Shown: piece after piece, positions 39,852-49,480 of the stretch
How positions within the stretch are numbered: position 1 is the first letter of the stretch
Layout of the letters: every line of letters starts with the position of its first letter
From: Actinomycetes bacterium
GTDB taxonomy: Bacteria; Actinomycetota; Actinomycetes; S36-B12
Reading direction: 5' to 3'
DNA: 64,000 bases
Assembly: GCA_965227045.1 (NCBI GenBank)
Contig: OZ245718.1
Location: forward strand, 65,199 to 129,198
The notes under the pieces: generated by a model
Databases searched by the model: none
What the model saw: the letters and a program-made list of their open reading frames with translations, nothing else
What the model was told of the DNA's origin: nothing
Translations under genes and position numbers: made by a program

Positions 39852-41882
39852 ATGACCGGCGCATTGGATCCAATCGGCGCGCCCGAGGAGGAGACCCGCA
39901 AGAAGGACGCACCGTGGCTCATGCGGACGTACGCGGGACATTCCTCGGCCGCGGAATCGAACTCGCTTTACCGGCGCAACCTCGAGAAGGGCCAGACCGG
40001 GCTGTCCGTCGCGTTCGACCTGCCCACGCAGACCGGCTACGACTCCGACTCGGTCATGTCCCGCGGCGAGGTGGGGAAGGTCGGCGTTCCCGTTGCCCAC
40101 ATCGGCGACATGCGCAAGCTCTTCGACGGCATTCCGCTGGACGCGATGAACACGTCGATGACCATCAATGCCACCGCCATGTGGCTGCTCGCGCTGTACG
40201 TCACCGTCGCGGAGGAGAACGGCGTCGATCCGGCCTCGCTGTCGGGCACGACGCAAAACGACATCATCAAGGAGTACCTGTCGCGAGGTACGTATGTGTT
40301 CCCGCCAGCTCCGTCGCTCCGCCTGATCACCGACATGATCTCCTTCACCGTCTCGCGTGCGCCGAAGTGGAACCCGGTCAACATCTGCAGTTATCACCTG
40401 CAGGAGGCCGGGGCCACGCCGGTTCAGGAGATCGCCTACGCCATGTCGACCGCGATCGCGGTCCTCGATGCGGTGCGCGACTCCGGGCAGGTGCCGCCCG
40501 AGCGCTTCGGCGACGTCGTCGCGCGCATCTCGTTCTTCGTCAACGCGGGTGTTCGCTTCATCGAGGAGATGTGCAAGCTCCGCGCGATGGGCCGCATGTG
40601 GGACACCATCACCCGTGAGCGATACGGCGTCACGAACGACAAGCAGCGACGGTTCCGCTACGGCGTGCAGGTGAACTCGCTCGGCCTCACTGAGGCCCAG
40701 CCGGAGAACAACATCCAGCGCATCGTGCTGGAGATGCTCGCCGTCACGCTGTCGAAGGATGCGCGTGCTCGCGCGGTGCAGTTGCCGGCGTGGAACGAGG
40801 CGCTGGGGCTGCCGCGACCGTGGGATCAGCAGTGGTCGTTACGCATGCAGCAGGTGCTCGCGTTCGAAAGCGACCTGCTCGAATACGACGACCTGTTCGA
40901 GGGCTCGGTCGTGGTCGAGGGGATCGTCGCCGACCTCGTCACCGGGGCGACCGACGAGTTGCAGCGCGTTCTCGACATGGGCGGCGCCGTCCCCGCCGTG
41001 GAGAGCGGGTACATGAAGTCCGAGCTGGTGCGATCGCACTCGCGTCGACGTGCGCGCATCGAGTCGGGCGAGGACATTGTCGTCGGCGTCAACGCGTTCA
41101 CGTCGACCGAGCCGAATCCGCTTCTTGCCGATCTCGATGCCGCCATCCAGTCCGTCGATCCCGGAGTCGAGGCGGCAGCGGTCGCCGAGGTCATTGCCTG
41201 GCGCGCGGCGCGTGATGAGGTCGAGGCAATCGCCGCCATCGACGACCTCCGTATTCGCGCTGCGGGAACGGGCAACCTTATGGAGGCCTCGCTGCGGTGC
41301 GCGCGTGCAGGAGTCACCACCGGTGAGTGGGCGGCGGCCCTTCGCGATGTGTTCGGGGAGTACCGAGCACCGACGGGGGTGTCGGCGAGCATCGGCGTGG
41401 AGAACTCCGGACCGGGGCTGGCGAGTGCTCGCGAGGCGGTTCGTGTCACGGCGACCGAGCTCGGTGCGCCGCTGAGGTTCCTCGTCGGCAAGCCGGGCCT
41501 CGACGGGCACTCGAATGGCGCTGAGCAGATTGCCGTGCGCGCCCGCGATGCCGGCTTCGAGGTTGTCTACCAGGGCATACGCCTGACCCCGGCTGAGATC
41601 GTCGCGGCCGCGGTCGCGGAGGACGTCGACGTCGTGGGTCTGTCGATCCTGTCGGGCTCGCACCGCGAACTCGTCCCGGCCGTCATCGAGGGACTGCGCG
41701 CGCAGGGGCTGGAGGGCGTGCCCGTGGTCGTCGGGGGAATCATCCCCGAGGCCGACGCGGAGTGGCTGACCGCGCAGGGCGTGGCCGCAGTCTTCACGCC
41801 GAAGGACTTTGACGCGAACGAGATCATGAAGCGCGTCGTCGAGGTGATCCGCCGCTCGCGTGGTCTGGAGCCCGCAGCCTAG
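39852..41882 (+). CDS. meaA: Adenosylcobalamin-dependent acyl-CoA mutase, ethylmalonyl-CoA mutase (MeaA/Ecm)-like, single chain with a C-terminal B12-binding domain
   Basis: PWLMRTYAGHSSAAESN, GQTGLSVAFDLPTQTGYDSD and GEVGKVGVPVAHIGDM match the Ecm-type pattern rather than MutB (RQYAGFS). The C-terminal part has a DGHSNG B12-binding motif. Confidence 0.8.
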   Translation: MTGALDPIGAPEEETRKKDAPWLMRTYAGHSSAAESNSLYRRNLEKGQTGLSVAFDLPTQTGYDSDSVMSRGEVGKVGVPVAHIGDMRKLFDGIPLDAMNTSMTINATAMWLLALYVTVAEENGVDPASLSGTTQNDIIKEYLSRGTYVFPPAPSLRLITDMISFTVSRAPKWNPVNICSYHLQEAGATPVQEIAYAMSTAIAVLDAVRDSGQVPPERFGDVVARISFFVNAGVRFIEEMCKLRAMGRMWDTITRERYGVTNDKQRRFRYGVQVNSLGLTEAQPENNIQRIVLEMLAVTLSKDARARAVQLPAWNEALGLPRPWDQQWSLRMQQVLAFESDLLEYDDLFEGSVVVEGIVADLVTGATDELQRVLDMGGAVPAVESGYMKSELVRSHSRRRARIESGEDIVVGVNAFTSTEPNPLLADLDAAIQSVDPGVEAAAVAEVIAWRAARDEVEAIAAIDDLRIRAAGTGNLMEASLRCARAGVTTGEWAAALRDVFGEYRAPTGVSASIGVENSGPGLASAREAVRVTATELGAPLRFLVGKPGLDGHSNGAEQIAVRARDAGFEVVYQGIRLTPAEIVAAAVAEDVDVVGLSILSGSHRELVPAVIEGLRAQGLEGVPVVVGGIIPEADAEWLTAQGVAAVFTPKDFDANEIMKRVVEVIRRSRGLEPAA

Positions 41883-42709
41883 ATCGAGCCTCTGGGCGTC
41901 CAGCGGAAGAACACGATCGACAAGATCAGGCCGATGACCACCCAGATCATGAGCATGAGCGCGCACAGGCCAAGCTGCCACGAGCCCGACACCTCGAGGG
42001 CCGCGGCCGACTCGGGCAGGAAGACGCTGCGCATGGCCTGGGCCAGCCACTTGAGCGGGAAGATGGAGCCGAAGACCTGCATCCATTGCGGCAGCTGGCT
42101 GAAGATGAAGAACACTCCGGACGTGAACTGAAGCACCAGAACGACGGGCGACACGACAGCGGACGCTCCGCGCCCGGTCTTGGGGACGACCGAGAACGCG
42201 ATGCCCAGCAGCGTGCACGCGGTCAGGCCCAGAACGCTCGCCCAGAAGAACGTGAACCACTGAGTAGCTGTGCTCGGCAGGTGCACTCCGTAGAAGAGCA
42301 TCCCGACAATGACGAGCAGCGTCACCTGGGCGACGTACGCGACGACGACAGTCCCGATCTTCCCGATGAAGTACGAGACCTTGGGCATCGGAGTGCCGCG
42401 AAGGCGCTTGAGGGTGCCGTCCTCGCGTTCGAGCGGAATCGCGATCGCCAGGTTCTGGAAGGAGGTGTACAGGACTCCGGACGCGATCATTCCCGCGACG
42501 AAGTACTGCGCGAACGTGATGCCGGGACCGGCGTCCTGGCCGCCGAACACCGAGCCGAAGATCACGAGCAGGATCACGGGGAACGCGAAGTTCCACAGCG
42601 CCGAGTTCCGATCGCGGAAGAACTGCTTCAGCTCTATGCGGATCCGCTGCCGGCCGATGGCCCAGGTGCCGGGCATCGCTGGAGTCTGCGTCGTGTCGGT
42701 CATCGTCAT
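41879..42709 (-). CDS. ABC-2 type transporter permease
   Basis: 276 aa and 6 TM segments. The pattern LKQFFRDRNSALWNFAFPVILL...EREDGTLKRL is typical of the ABC-2 family. Its start overlaps the stop of the ATPase gene by 4 nt. Confidence 0.85.
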   Translation of the reverse strand: MTMTDTTQTPAMPGTWAIGRQRIRIELKQFFRDRNSALWNFAFPVILLVIFGSVFGGQDAGPGITFAQYFVAGMIASGVLYTSFQNLAIAIPLEREDGTLKRLRGTPMPKVSYFIGKIGTVVVAYVAQVTLLVIVGMLFYGVHLPSTATQWFTFFWASVLGLTACTLLGIAFSVVPKTGRGASAVVSPVVLVLQFTSGVFFIFSQLPQWMQVFGSIFPLKWLAQAMRSVFLPESAAALEVSGSWQLGLCALMLMIWVVIGLILSIVFFRWTPRGSI

Positions 42710-43575
42710 TCGCTGTCACCCGCATTCGCGTAGCGATCCCCGTCGAGGAGAGCGAGATACGTGTCCTCCAGCCGCGCTCGATCCACGGTCAGACTGGGGA
42801 TCTCCCCGGCGAATCTCGTTGACAGTGCCGTGACCACGCGGGTCGGCTCCGTCGTCCACTCCTCGCGTGGCTGTCCGTCCTCGAGCCAACTCACTCGCGC
42901 CTGGCCGGTCTGTCGGCCACCGAGCAGAGCGGGAGTGTCGCACGCGACGATGCGACCTCGTGACATCACCGCGACGCGGTCGGCGAGGTATTCGGCTTCT
43001 TCGAGGTAGTGAGTCGTGAGCAGGATTGTCGTGCCCTCCGCCTTCAGCCCGTCGATGAGCGTCCAGAAGTCGCGCCTGGCCTCCGGGTCGAACCCGGTGG
43101 TCGGCTCGTCGAGGAAGAGCACCCGCGGCCGCCCGATGATGCCGAGTGCGACGTCGAGGCGGCGGCGCTGTCCACCGGAGAGCTTCTCGTTGCGGGACGC
43201 GGCCTTCTCGGTCAGGCCGACCGCGGCAATAACCTCGTCGGGGTCGCGTGGGCGCGGGTAATAGCCGGCGAAGTGGTGCACCGCCTCGCTCACCGTGAGG
43301 TCGCCCAGGTCGCGGTCGGTCTGCAGCACGATGCCCAGTTGCGACTTCCAGGCTCGGTCTCCGCTGGCCGGATCCGCGCCGAGCACCTCGACCGAGCCCG
43401 AGTCGCGCCCTCGGTATCCCTCGAGGATCTCCGTCACCGTGGTCTTGCCCGCGCCGTTGGGTCCCAGCAGCGCGAAGCACTCGCCGAAGGCGATGTCGCA
43501 CGTGACACCGTCGACCGCCTTCAGATCCCCGTAGGACTTGCGCAGGTCGCGCACCACGATGGCGGGCTGGGTCAT
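42706..43575 (-). CDS. ABC transporter ATP-binding protein (DrrA-like, partner of the ABC-2 permease)
   Basis: 289 aa from [11 protein letters not shown]. Walker [10 protein letters not shown], signature LSGGQRRR, Walker B LFLDEPT. Confidence 0.9.
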   Translation of the reverse strand: MTQPAIVVRDLRKSYGDLKAVDGVTCDIAFGECFALLGPNGAGKTTVTEILEGYRGRDSGSVEVLGADPASGDRAWKSQLGIVLQTDRDLGDLTVSEAVHHFAGYYPRPRDPDEVIAAVGLTEKAASRNEKLSGGQRRRLDVALGIIGRPRVLFLDEPTTGFDPEARRDFWTLIDGLKAEGTTILLTTHYLEEAEYLADRVAVMSRGRIVACDTPALLGGRQTGQARVSWLEDGQPREEWTTEPTRVVTALSTRFAGEIPSLTVDRARLEDTYLALLDGDRYANAGDSE

Positions 43576-43659
43576 GCAGCGATCATCCCACCGTGGCACC
43601 GCTCGACGCTCACCCGACGGGAGGGCGGGCGGGTTCGGGTGCGCCGATACGGTTGCCGC

Positions 43660-44340
43660 ATGCGGTTCCTGGTTGCCCGGTGCACAGTCGACTACGTGGG
43701 CCGGCTCACCGCTCATCTCCCCGAGGCGACCAGGGCGATCATGGTCAAGGCCGACGGATCGGTCCTCATTCACTCCGACGGTGGCTCGTACAAGCCGCTG
43801 AACTGGATGAGCCCGCCCTGCACGACTCGGATTGCCGTGTCCGATGAGGACGGCATCGTCGAGACCTGGACGGTGCAGAACAAGGGCGGCGAGACCATCG
43901 TCATCAGCGTCCACGAGATCCTGCATTCGACCGAGCACGACCTCGGCATCGATCCCGGGCTCGTCAAGGACGGGGTGGAGGCGCATCTGCAGGCACTGCT
44001 GGCTGCTCAGGTCGAACTGCTGGGGGAGGGCTGGCGCCTCGTCAGGCGCGAGTTCCCGACCGCGATCGGTCCGGTCGACCTGATGTGCCGCGACGCTTCG
44101 GGCCTGGCGGTCGCCGTGGAGATCAAGCGCAGGGGAGACATCGACGGGGTTGAGCAGCTCACCCGCTATCTCGAACTTCTCAACCGAGATCCGCTGCTGT
44201 CGCCCGTCCGCGGCATCTTCGCCGCGCAGGAGATCAAGCCTCAGGCGCGAGTGCTCGCGAATGACCGCGGCATCGAGTGCGTGGTGCTGGACTACGAGGC
44301 GCTGCGCGGCCACGACGACAAGGACGCACGGCTGTTCTGA
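43660..44340 (+). CDS. nucS: Endonuclease NucS (EndoMS, mismatch-specific)
   Basis: [16 protein letters not shown]...GPVDLMCRD...VAVEIKRRG is the highly conserved NucS pattern. 226 aa. Confidence 0.93.
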   Translation: MRFLVARCTVDYVGRLTAHLPEATRAIMVKADGSVLIHSDGGSYKPLNWMSPPCTTRIAVSDEDGIVETWTVQNKGGETIVISVHEILHSTEHDLGIDPGLVKDGVEAHLQALLAAQVELLGEGWRLVRREFPTAIGPVDLMCRDASGLAVAVEIKRRGDIDGVEQLTRYLELLNRDPLLSPVRGIFAAQEIKPQARVLANDRGIECVVLDYEALRGHDDKDARLF

Positions 44341-44771
44341 TGACGGACTCCGCCGAGACTCTCAATCGCCTCCGGCTGATCTGTCTTGGCCTGCCGGATG
44401 CGTACGAAGAACCGGCATGGACAGGCACACGGTGGTGCATCCGCAAGCACAACTTCGCACACGTGGTCAGAATCGTCGACGGGCGTCCTCAGTCCTATGC
44501 GCAGGCGGCCAGCACGAGCGGTCCCGCGACGGTGCTGACGTTCTGCTCGTCGGGTCCTGAACTGGCTGCGCTGAGCAACGCGGGCTATCCGGTCTTCAAG
44601 CCGGTCTGGTTCGCCGACATCGTCGGCATGGTCATCGACGATTCGACGGACTGGGAGGAGGTCGCCGAGTTGGTCACGGAGAGCTACTGTCTCCTGGCGC
44701 CGAGTCGTCAGGTCGCGTTAGTTCGAGCACTCGAGTCGACTCGCGGCGGAAGTCATAGAACTGCAGAGTGA
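44340..44771 (+). CDS. MmcQ/YjbR family DNA-binding protein
   Basis: LRLICLGLPDAYEEPAWTGTRWCIRKHNFAHV is typical of the YjbR fold. The ATG overlaps the nucS stop. The C-terminal roughly 30 aa overlap the convergent gene. Confidence 0.65.
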   Translation: MTDSAETLNRLRLICLGLPDAYEEPAWTGTRWCIRKHNFAHVVRIVDGRPQSYAQAASTSGPATVLTFCSSGPELAALSNAGYPVFKPVWFADIVGMVIDDSTDWEEVAELVTESYCLLAPSRQVALVRALESTRGGSHRTAE

Positions 44772-46578
44772 GGCCGATCGCCGAGAATGGCAGCAGCACG
44801 GCGGAGAACCCGATCGAGATCAGGTTCGTCACCCAGAACGGCCACCCGGTCATGAGCAGGAAGATGCCGCCGACGATTCCCGGAACCGTGAACCCGATCC
44901 AGATGAGCACGGCGCTCAGCAGGATTGCCCGCCAGCGGCGACCCTTAGTCAGGAACCTGCTGCGCCCAAGCGCAGCGCGGACGCCGAGACCCTCAACAGC
45001 CGACGCGGGCATCGCCACCGCCCAGAACGCGATGAACAGCAAGGCGAAGGGCAGCAGGAACAGTGACGAGGCCAGGATTGTCACGACGAAGTAGACGAGC
45101 AACTGCACGAGCGCTGCGGCAGGCCGGCGCACGGATAGGCCGATCGCGTGCCACGGCTGCGGTGGCCGGCCTTGGGCGAGGTTGTCGATCACTCGCGCCG
45201 TCGCTGCGAGTCCCACAGCGATCACCGGAGCAAGCACGAAGGCGGCCAGCACGGCGACAACGGTGCCTAGGGCGTGGTGGGTCAGGCCGTTGACGTCCGT
45301 CACATCGTCAGTCGGCCGGCGCCGAAGCGCTACCTGCTGCAGAGCCAAGGCCGCGCCTGCGGACACTCCGACCAGCACGATAATCGGCCACAGGGCAGCG
45401 GCCCGTCGCCCGAGGATCGCGAACGACGCCGTCACGACCTGTCCGGCGCGTCGCTCGCGATCGATGTCACGCGGAGTCGACCGGCGCCAGCGAGTAGCGC
45501 GGATCAGAAGGAAGAGGGCGACCAGCAGGACGAGGATCGCTCCCGCGGTGAGGATCGGATGGTCCAGGACCGCGACGAAGAGCAACGACCCCGCAGACGT
45601 CAACGTGCAGAACGAGTCCGCGGCCGGCCCGCCGAACGGTGGCATCGCGACGCCGGCATCGCGGCCCTTGGTGAGCTGCCACTCGACCGGCTGCGACCAC
45701 TGCATCTTCGTGTTCGGTCCGGTCGGCCCGTTGTTGAATGACGGTTCCTTCTGACCCCACCGCCCGGTGAAGCCCACCCACTCGAATCCCGCCGTCGGCT
45801 CGTCCGGGAGCAGGACCACGTCCGGACGCAGCAGCAGGCCCTGGGCCAGCGAGTTGTCACAGCCGAAACCCGCGGATGCGCTCTTCCCGAACCACTGTGC
45901 CTGCGTGTAGTACGAGGCGTGCGATCCCTGGCTCGGGTACACGACCGGATGTCCGTCAACGAGCAGGACCTTGCCTGAGGACCACTCGGCGGTCTCGGAT
46001 CCCTCGTGCTGGGCGTACGCCGTGCTGATCGGCTCCGAGGCGAGCGCCTCCGCGGGCGTGTCAGCGTCGAACAGCAACTGGATCATCTCCCAGTCGCCCT
46101 CGTGCTTGTCGTTCCAGTCGTTGAACACCCAGAAGAAGAAGTACTGCAGCGCGAGGTTGCCCGGATGGTTTGGGTCGGTGGCCACGTGCGCGTATACGGT
46201 CGGCGGGTGATCCGGGCTCGTCGTGCGGAACCACGTCTCGTAGTCGCATCCGGGTGAGAGTGGGTCTCCTGGCAGGTCCAGGTACCAGCCCTCGCCCTTG
46301 CTCGCCAGGTCCTGGGAGGTGGGCGCGACGATGGCCTCACCCTCAGGCCCGCGAAGGGTGACGCCGGGCTGGCCGAGAACCGATTCGACCGTCGTGGGCA
46401 GGTAGGGCTCGCCGTCGCCGCAGGCGTCCACCTGCTCACGGATGACGACGACGGGCGAGTACTTCGCAGCGAGCTGGTCTGCGGCGTCGTCCGCGCGCGC
46501 GGGTGTAGCGACGAGCAGCGGCGTGGCGACGATGGTGATGCCGACGAGCAGAGCGAGCAGCCGCGCCTTCACCGTCAC
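44674..46578 (-). CDS. Membrane protein: signal peptide, extracytoplasmic Vps62-like domain and a C-terminal polytopic domain
   Basis: Signal peptide MTVKARLLALLVGITIVATPLLVATPARA. The motif YFFFWVFNDWNDKHEGDWEMIQ resembles the Vps62 (PF06101-type) signature. About 7 predicted TM helices follow in the last roughly 300 aa. Confidence 0.7.
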   Translation of the reverse strand: MTVKARLLALLVGITIVATPLLVATPARADDAADQLAAKYSPVVVIREQVDACGDGEPYLPTTVESVLGQPGVTLRGPEGEAIVAPTSQDLASKGEGWYLDLPGDPLSPGCDYETWFRTTSPDHPPTVYAHVATDPNHPGNLALQYFFFWVFNDWNDKHEGDWEMIQLLFDADTPAEALASEPISTAYAQHEGSETAEWSSGKVLLVDGHPVVYPSQGSHASYYTQAQWFGKSASAGFGCDNSLAQGLLLRPDVVLLPDEPTAGFEWVGFTGRWGQKEPSFNNGPTGPNTKMQWSQPVEWQLTKGRDAGVAMPPFGGPAADSFCTLTSAGSLLFVAVLDHPILTAGAILVLLVALFLLIRATRWRRSTPRDIDRERRAGQVVTASFAILGRRAAALWPIIVLVGVSAGAALALQQVALRRRPTDDVTDVNGLTHHALGTVVAVLAAFVLAPVIAVGLAATARVIDNLAQGRPPQPWHAIGLSVRRPAAALVQLLVYFVVTILASSLFLLPFALLFIAFWAVAMPASAVEGLGVRAALGRSRFLTKGRRWRAILLSAVLIWIGFTVPGIVGGIFLLMTGWPFWVTNLISIGFSAVLLPFSAIGLTLQFYDFRRESTRVLELTRPDDSAPGDSSSP

Positions 46579-46689
46579 CTCCTGACCATGTTCTCGGGTG
46601 ACCGCATTGTGCCGTGCGGTGATCGATCCGGGTCCTCAAACCGGCCGAGTAGGGTCAGTTCGACGAAACGGGCGCGTGAAAGGACGGAC

Positions 46690-48453
46690 ATGACCATCTC
46701 GACGGTCGGCGTGATCGGGCTCGGCACCATGGGAGCCGGCATCGCTGAGGTGGTCGCTCGCAATGGCTACCGCGTGATCGCTGCGGAGGCGACCGAGGAC
46801 GCGGCGGCGCACGGCCGTGCGTCGATCGAGGGGTCGACCTCACGCGCCGTGACCCGCGGCAAGCTCACCGCCGAGGACCAGGCGGCCCTGCTTGAGCGGA
46901 TCACCTTCACCTCCGATCTAGGTGACCTCGCGGTGGCCGATCTGGTGATCGAGGCGGTGTCCGAGAACCTGGAGTTGAAGAAGGCGTTGCTCGGTCGCGT
47001 CGACGCGGTGATCGGCCCGGACGCGATCCTCGCCACCAACACGTCCTCGCTGTCGGTGACCGACATCGCGGTGGCGACGTCGCGCCCGGCGAATGTCGTG
47101 GGCATCCACTTCTTCAACCCCGCACCGGTCCAGGCCTTCGTCGAAATCGTCCGCACGGTGGTGTCCTCCCAGGAAACCGTCGATCGTGCCGTCGTGTTCG
47201 CCCAGTCGTTGGGCAAGGAGCCGGTTGTCGTCGACGACAAGGCCGGCTTCATCGCGAATGCGCTGCTGTTCGGGTACCTCAATCACGCCGTAGCGATGTA
47301 CGAGTCGCGCTACGCCACCCGTGAGGACATCGACGCCGCGATGCGGCTTGGTTGCGGCTACCCAATGGGTCCGCTCATGCTGCTGGACCTCATCGGACTG
47401 GACACCGCGTACGAGATCCTCGACACGATGTACAAGCAGGGCCGCGACCGCCTGCACGCGCCGAGCCCGATCCTCAAGCAGATGGTCACCGCCGGCCTGC
47501 GCGGTCGCAAGTCCGGCCGTGGCTTCTACACGTACGAGTCGCCCGGGTCACCCAAGGTGGTCGACGCCGTGCCCGACGACGCATCCACAGGTGCGCCCGC
47601 TCGATCGATCACGTCGGTCGGCGTCGTCGGCTCGGGAACCATGGCCTCGGGCATCGTCGAGGTATTCGCCAAGGGCGGGCGCGACGTCATGTTCGTCGCG
47701 CGAACCGACGACAAGGTCGCCGGTGTCATCGCGGCGCTGACGAAGTCCCTGGCCAAGGCGGTGGAGCGAGAGAAGATCACCGGCGACGAGCGCGATGCCG
47801 CTATCGCGCGCGTGACCGGCACGACGCAGCTGTCCGACCTGTCCGACGTCGACCTCGTCGTCGAGGCCGTGGTGGAGGACCTCGACGTCAAGCTCGACCT
47901 GTTCACCCGCCTCGATGCGATCTGCAAGCCGGGCGCCATCCTCGCGACGACGACATCGAGTCTGGCCGTCATCGACATGGCCGCGGTGACCTCGCGCCCG
48001 CAGGACGTGCTCGGTCTGCACTTCTTCAACCCCGCAGCGTTGATGAAGCTGGTCGAGGTCGTCAGCACCGTCGCCACGTCCGACGAGGTCGTTGCGACAG
48101 CTCTTCAGTTGTGCCGCGACATCGACAAGCACCCGGTCGAGTGCGGTGACCGCGCCGGATTCATCGTCAACGCCCTGCTGTTCCCGTACCTCAACGACGC
48201 GGTCCGGATGCTCCAGGCGAATTACGCATCAGCAGACGACATCGACTTGGCGATGAAGAAGGGCTGTGGCTATCCGATGGGTCCGTTCGAGTTGCTCGAC
48301 GTCGTCGGCCTCGACGTATCGCTGGCGATCCAGCAGACCCTGTACCGCGAGTTCCGCGAGCCCGGCTTCGCGCCGGCGCCCCGCTTGGAGCACCTGGTTC
48401 GCGCCGGATACCTCGGTCGCAAGACGGGTCGGGGCTTCCGGGACTACTCCTGA
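46690..48453 (+). CDS. 3-hydroxyacyl-CoA/3-hydroxybutyryl-CoA dehydrogenase with two tandem complete HAD modules
   Basis: There are two Rossmann starts (VGVIGLGTMGAGIA and VGVVGSGTMASGIV), two NTSS/TTSS motifs and two HFFNPA motifs. 587 aa. Confidence 0.88.
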   Translation: MTISTVGVIGLGTMGAGIAEVVARNGYRVIAAEATEDAAAHGRASIEGSTSRAVTRGKLTAEDQAALLERITFTSDLGDLAVADLVIEAVSENLELKKALLGRVDAVIGPDAILATNTSSLSVTDIAVATSRPANVVGIHFFNPAPVQAFVEIVRTVVSSQETVDRAVVFAQSLGKEPVVVDDKAGFIANALLFGYLNHAVAMYESRYATREDIDAAMRLGCGYPMGPLMLLDLIGLDTAYEILDTMYKQGRDRLHAPSPILKQMVTAGLRGRKSGRGFYTYESPGSPKVVDAVPDDASTGAPARSITSVGVVGSGTMASGIVEVFAKGGRDVMFVARTDDKVAGVIAALTKSLAKAVEREKITGDERDAAIARVTGTTQLSDLSDVDLVVEAVVEDLDVKLDLFTRLDAICKPGAILATTTSSLAVIDMAAVTSRPQDVLGLHFFNPAALMKLVEVVSTVATSDEVVATALQLCRDIDKHPVECGDRAGFIVNALLFPYLNDAVRMLQANYASADDIDLAMKKGCGYPMGPFELLDVVGLDVSLAIQQTLYREFREPGFAPAPRLEHLVRAGYLGRKTGRGFRDYS

Positions 48454-48737
48454 TGGGTCGAAAGAACCGGCGGAAGGTCGACGATGCGAAGGAACTCGGT
48501 CCGGCGTACGCGAGTCGGACCACCGAGTCCCACCCCGACGGTGACTGGATCGTGCAGCGCACGACGGGCTCGGCGGCCACGAAGCCGTACCGCTGCCCCG
48601 GCTGTGACCAGGTGATTCCGCAGGCCACTCCGCACGTCGTCGCCTGGCGCGCAGATGACGAGCGTGACCTGGAGAACCGCCGCCACTGGCACACGCCGTG
48701 CTGGGCCGCGCGCGACCGTCGTGGACCAAGGCGGTAA
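48453..48737 (+). CDS. Small conserved actinobacterial protein with a putative Zn-ribbon
   Basis: 94 aa. It has a basic N-terminus (MGRKNRRKV) and CPGC...HWHTPCW. The ATG overlaps the TGA of the preceding gene (TGATG). Confidence 0.6.
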   Translation: MGRKNRRKVDDAKELGPAYASRTTESHPDGDWIVQRTTGSAATKPYRCPGCDQVIPQATPHVVAWRADDERDLENRRHWHTPCWAARDRRGPRR

Positions 48738-48742
48738 CGGCG

Positions 48743-49480
48743 ATGGCCGAGATCGTCGCCAACTCAGTGCTGCCGGCGCGGCGTGAAGCGCTGACGCTGC
48801 AGACGTCCGACGGCCTGTCGCTGGTCGGGGAACTCGCCCTCCCCGAGGAGGGTGCACCGTCCGCGACGATCGTGTGCGTCCACCCGCTGCCCACTCACGG
48901 CGGAATGATGGACAGCCACGTGCTGCGCAAGATGGCGTGGCGGCTGCCCGCGCTCGCCAACATCGCAATCCTCCGGTTCAACACCCGCGGCACGTCGAGT
49001 GTCGGCGGCACGAGCGAGGGCGAGTTCGACGAGGGCAGGAGCGAGGGTCTGGACCTGCGTGCGGCCATCGACGAGGTCGTGGCGCGCGGGCTCCCCGATC
49101 CGTGGCTGGTGGGCTGGTCGTTCGGCACCGACGTGATCCTCAAGCACGGCGACGTCGATCCGGTCATCGGCGCGGTCCTCCTGTCGCCGCCGCTGCGCTT
49201 CTCCACGCTCGACGACCTGACCGCATGGAATACGGCGGGGCGACGCGTGGTCGCACTCGTGCCTGAGTTCGACGACTACCTAAGGCCCGAGGCCGCGGCC
49301 GAGCGCTTCTCCGTCATCGATCGTGCGGAGGTGCGCGGCGTCGATGGTGCCAAGCACCTGTGGGTCGGTGAGCGCTTCGTCAAGGTCGTCCTGAACGAGA
49401 TCGTCAGCGTGGTCGCGCCCGACCGAACTCCGCTGCCCACCGAATGGGATGGGCCGATGGAACGGTGGAGCGACCTGTGA
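48743..49480 (+). CDS. Alpha/beta hydrolase
   Basis: 245 aa. Contains VCVHPLPTHGG and the nucleophile-elbow-like GWSFG. Confidence 0.75.
   Translation: MAEIVANSVLPARREALTLQTSDGLSLVGELALPEEGAPSATIVCVHPLPTHGGMMDSHVLRKMAWRLPALANIAILRFNTRGTSSVGGTSEGEFDEGRSEGLDLRAAIDEVVARGLPDPWLVGWSFGTDVILKHGDVDPVIGAVLLSPPLRFSTLDDLTAWNTAGRRVVALVPEFDDYLRPEAAAERFSVIDRAEVRGVDGAKHLWVGERFVKVVLNEIVSVVAPDRTPLPTEWDGPMERWSDL

Noticed and set aside
43576-44313. The upstream extension of the ABC ATPase ORF (535-aa version, 42706-44313)
   Set aside because: The extension is antisense to nucS. The ATPase domain begins at MTQPAIVV (43575), which is a normal length for this family.
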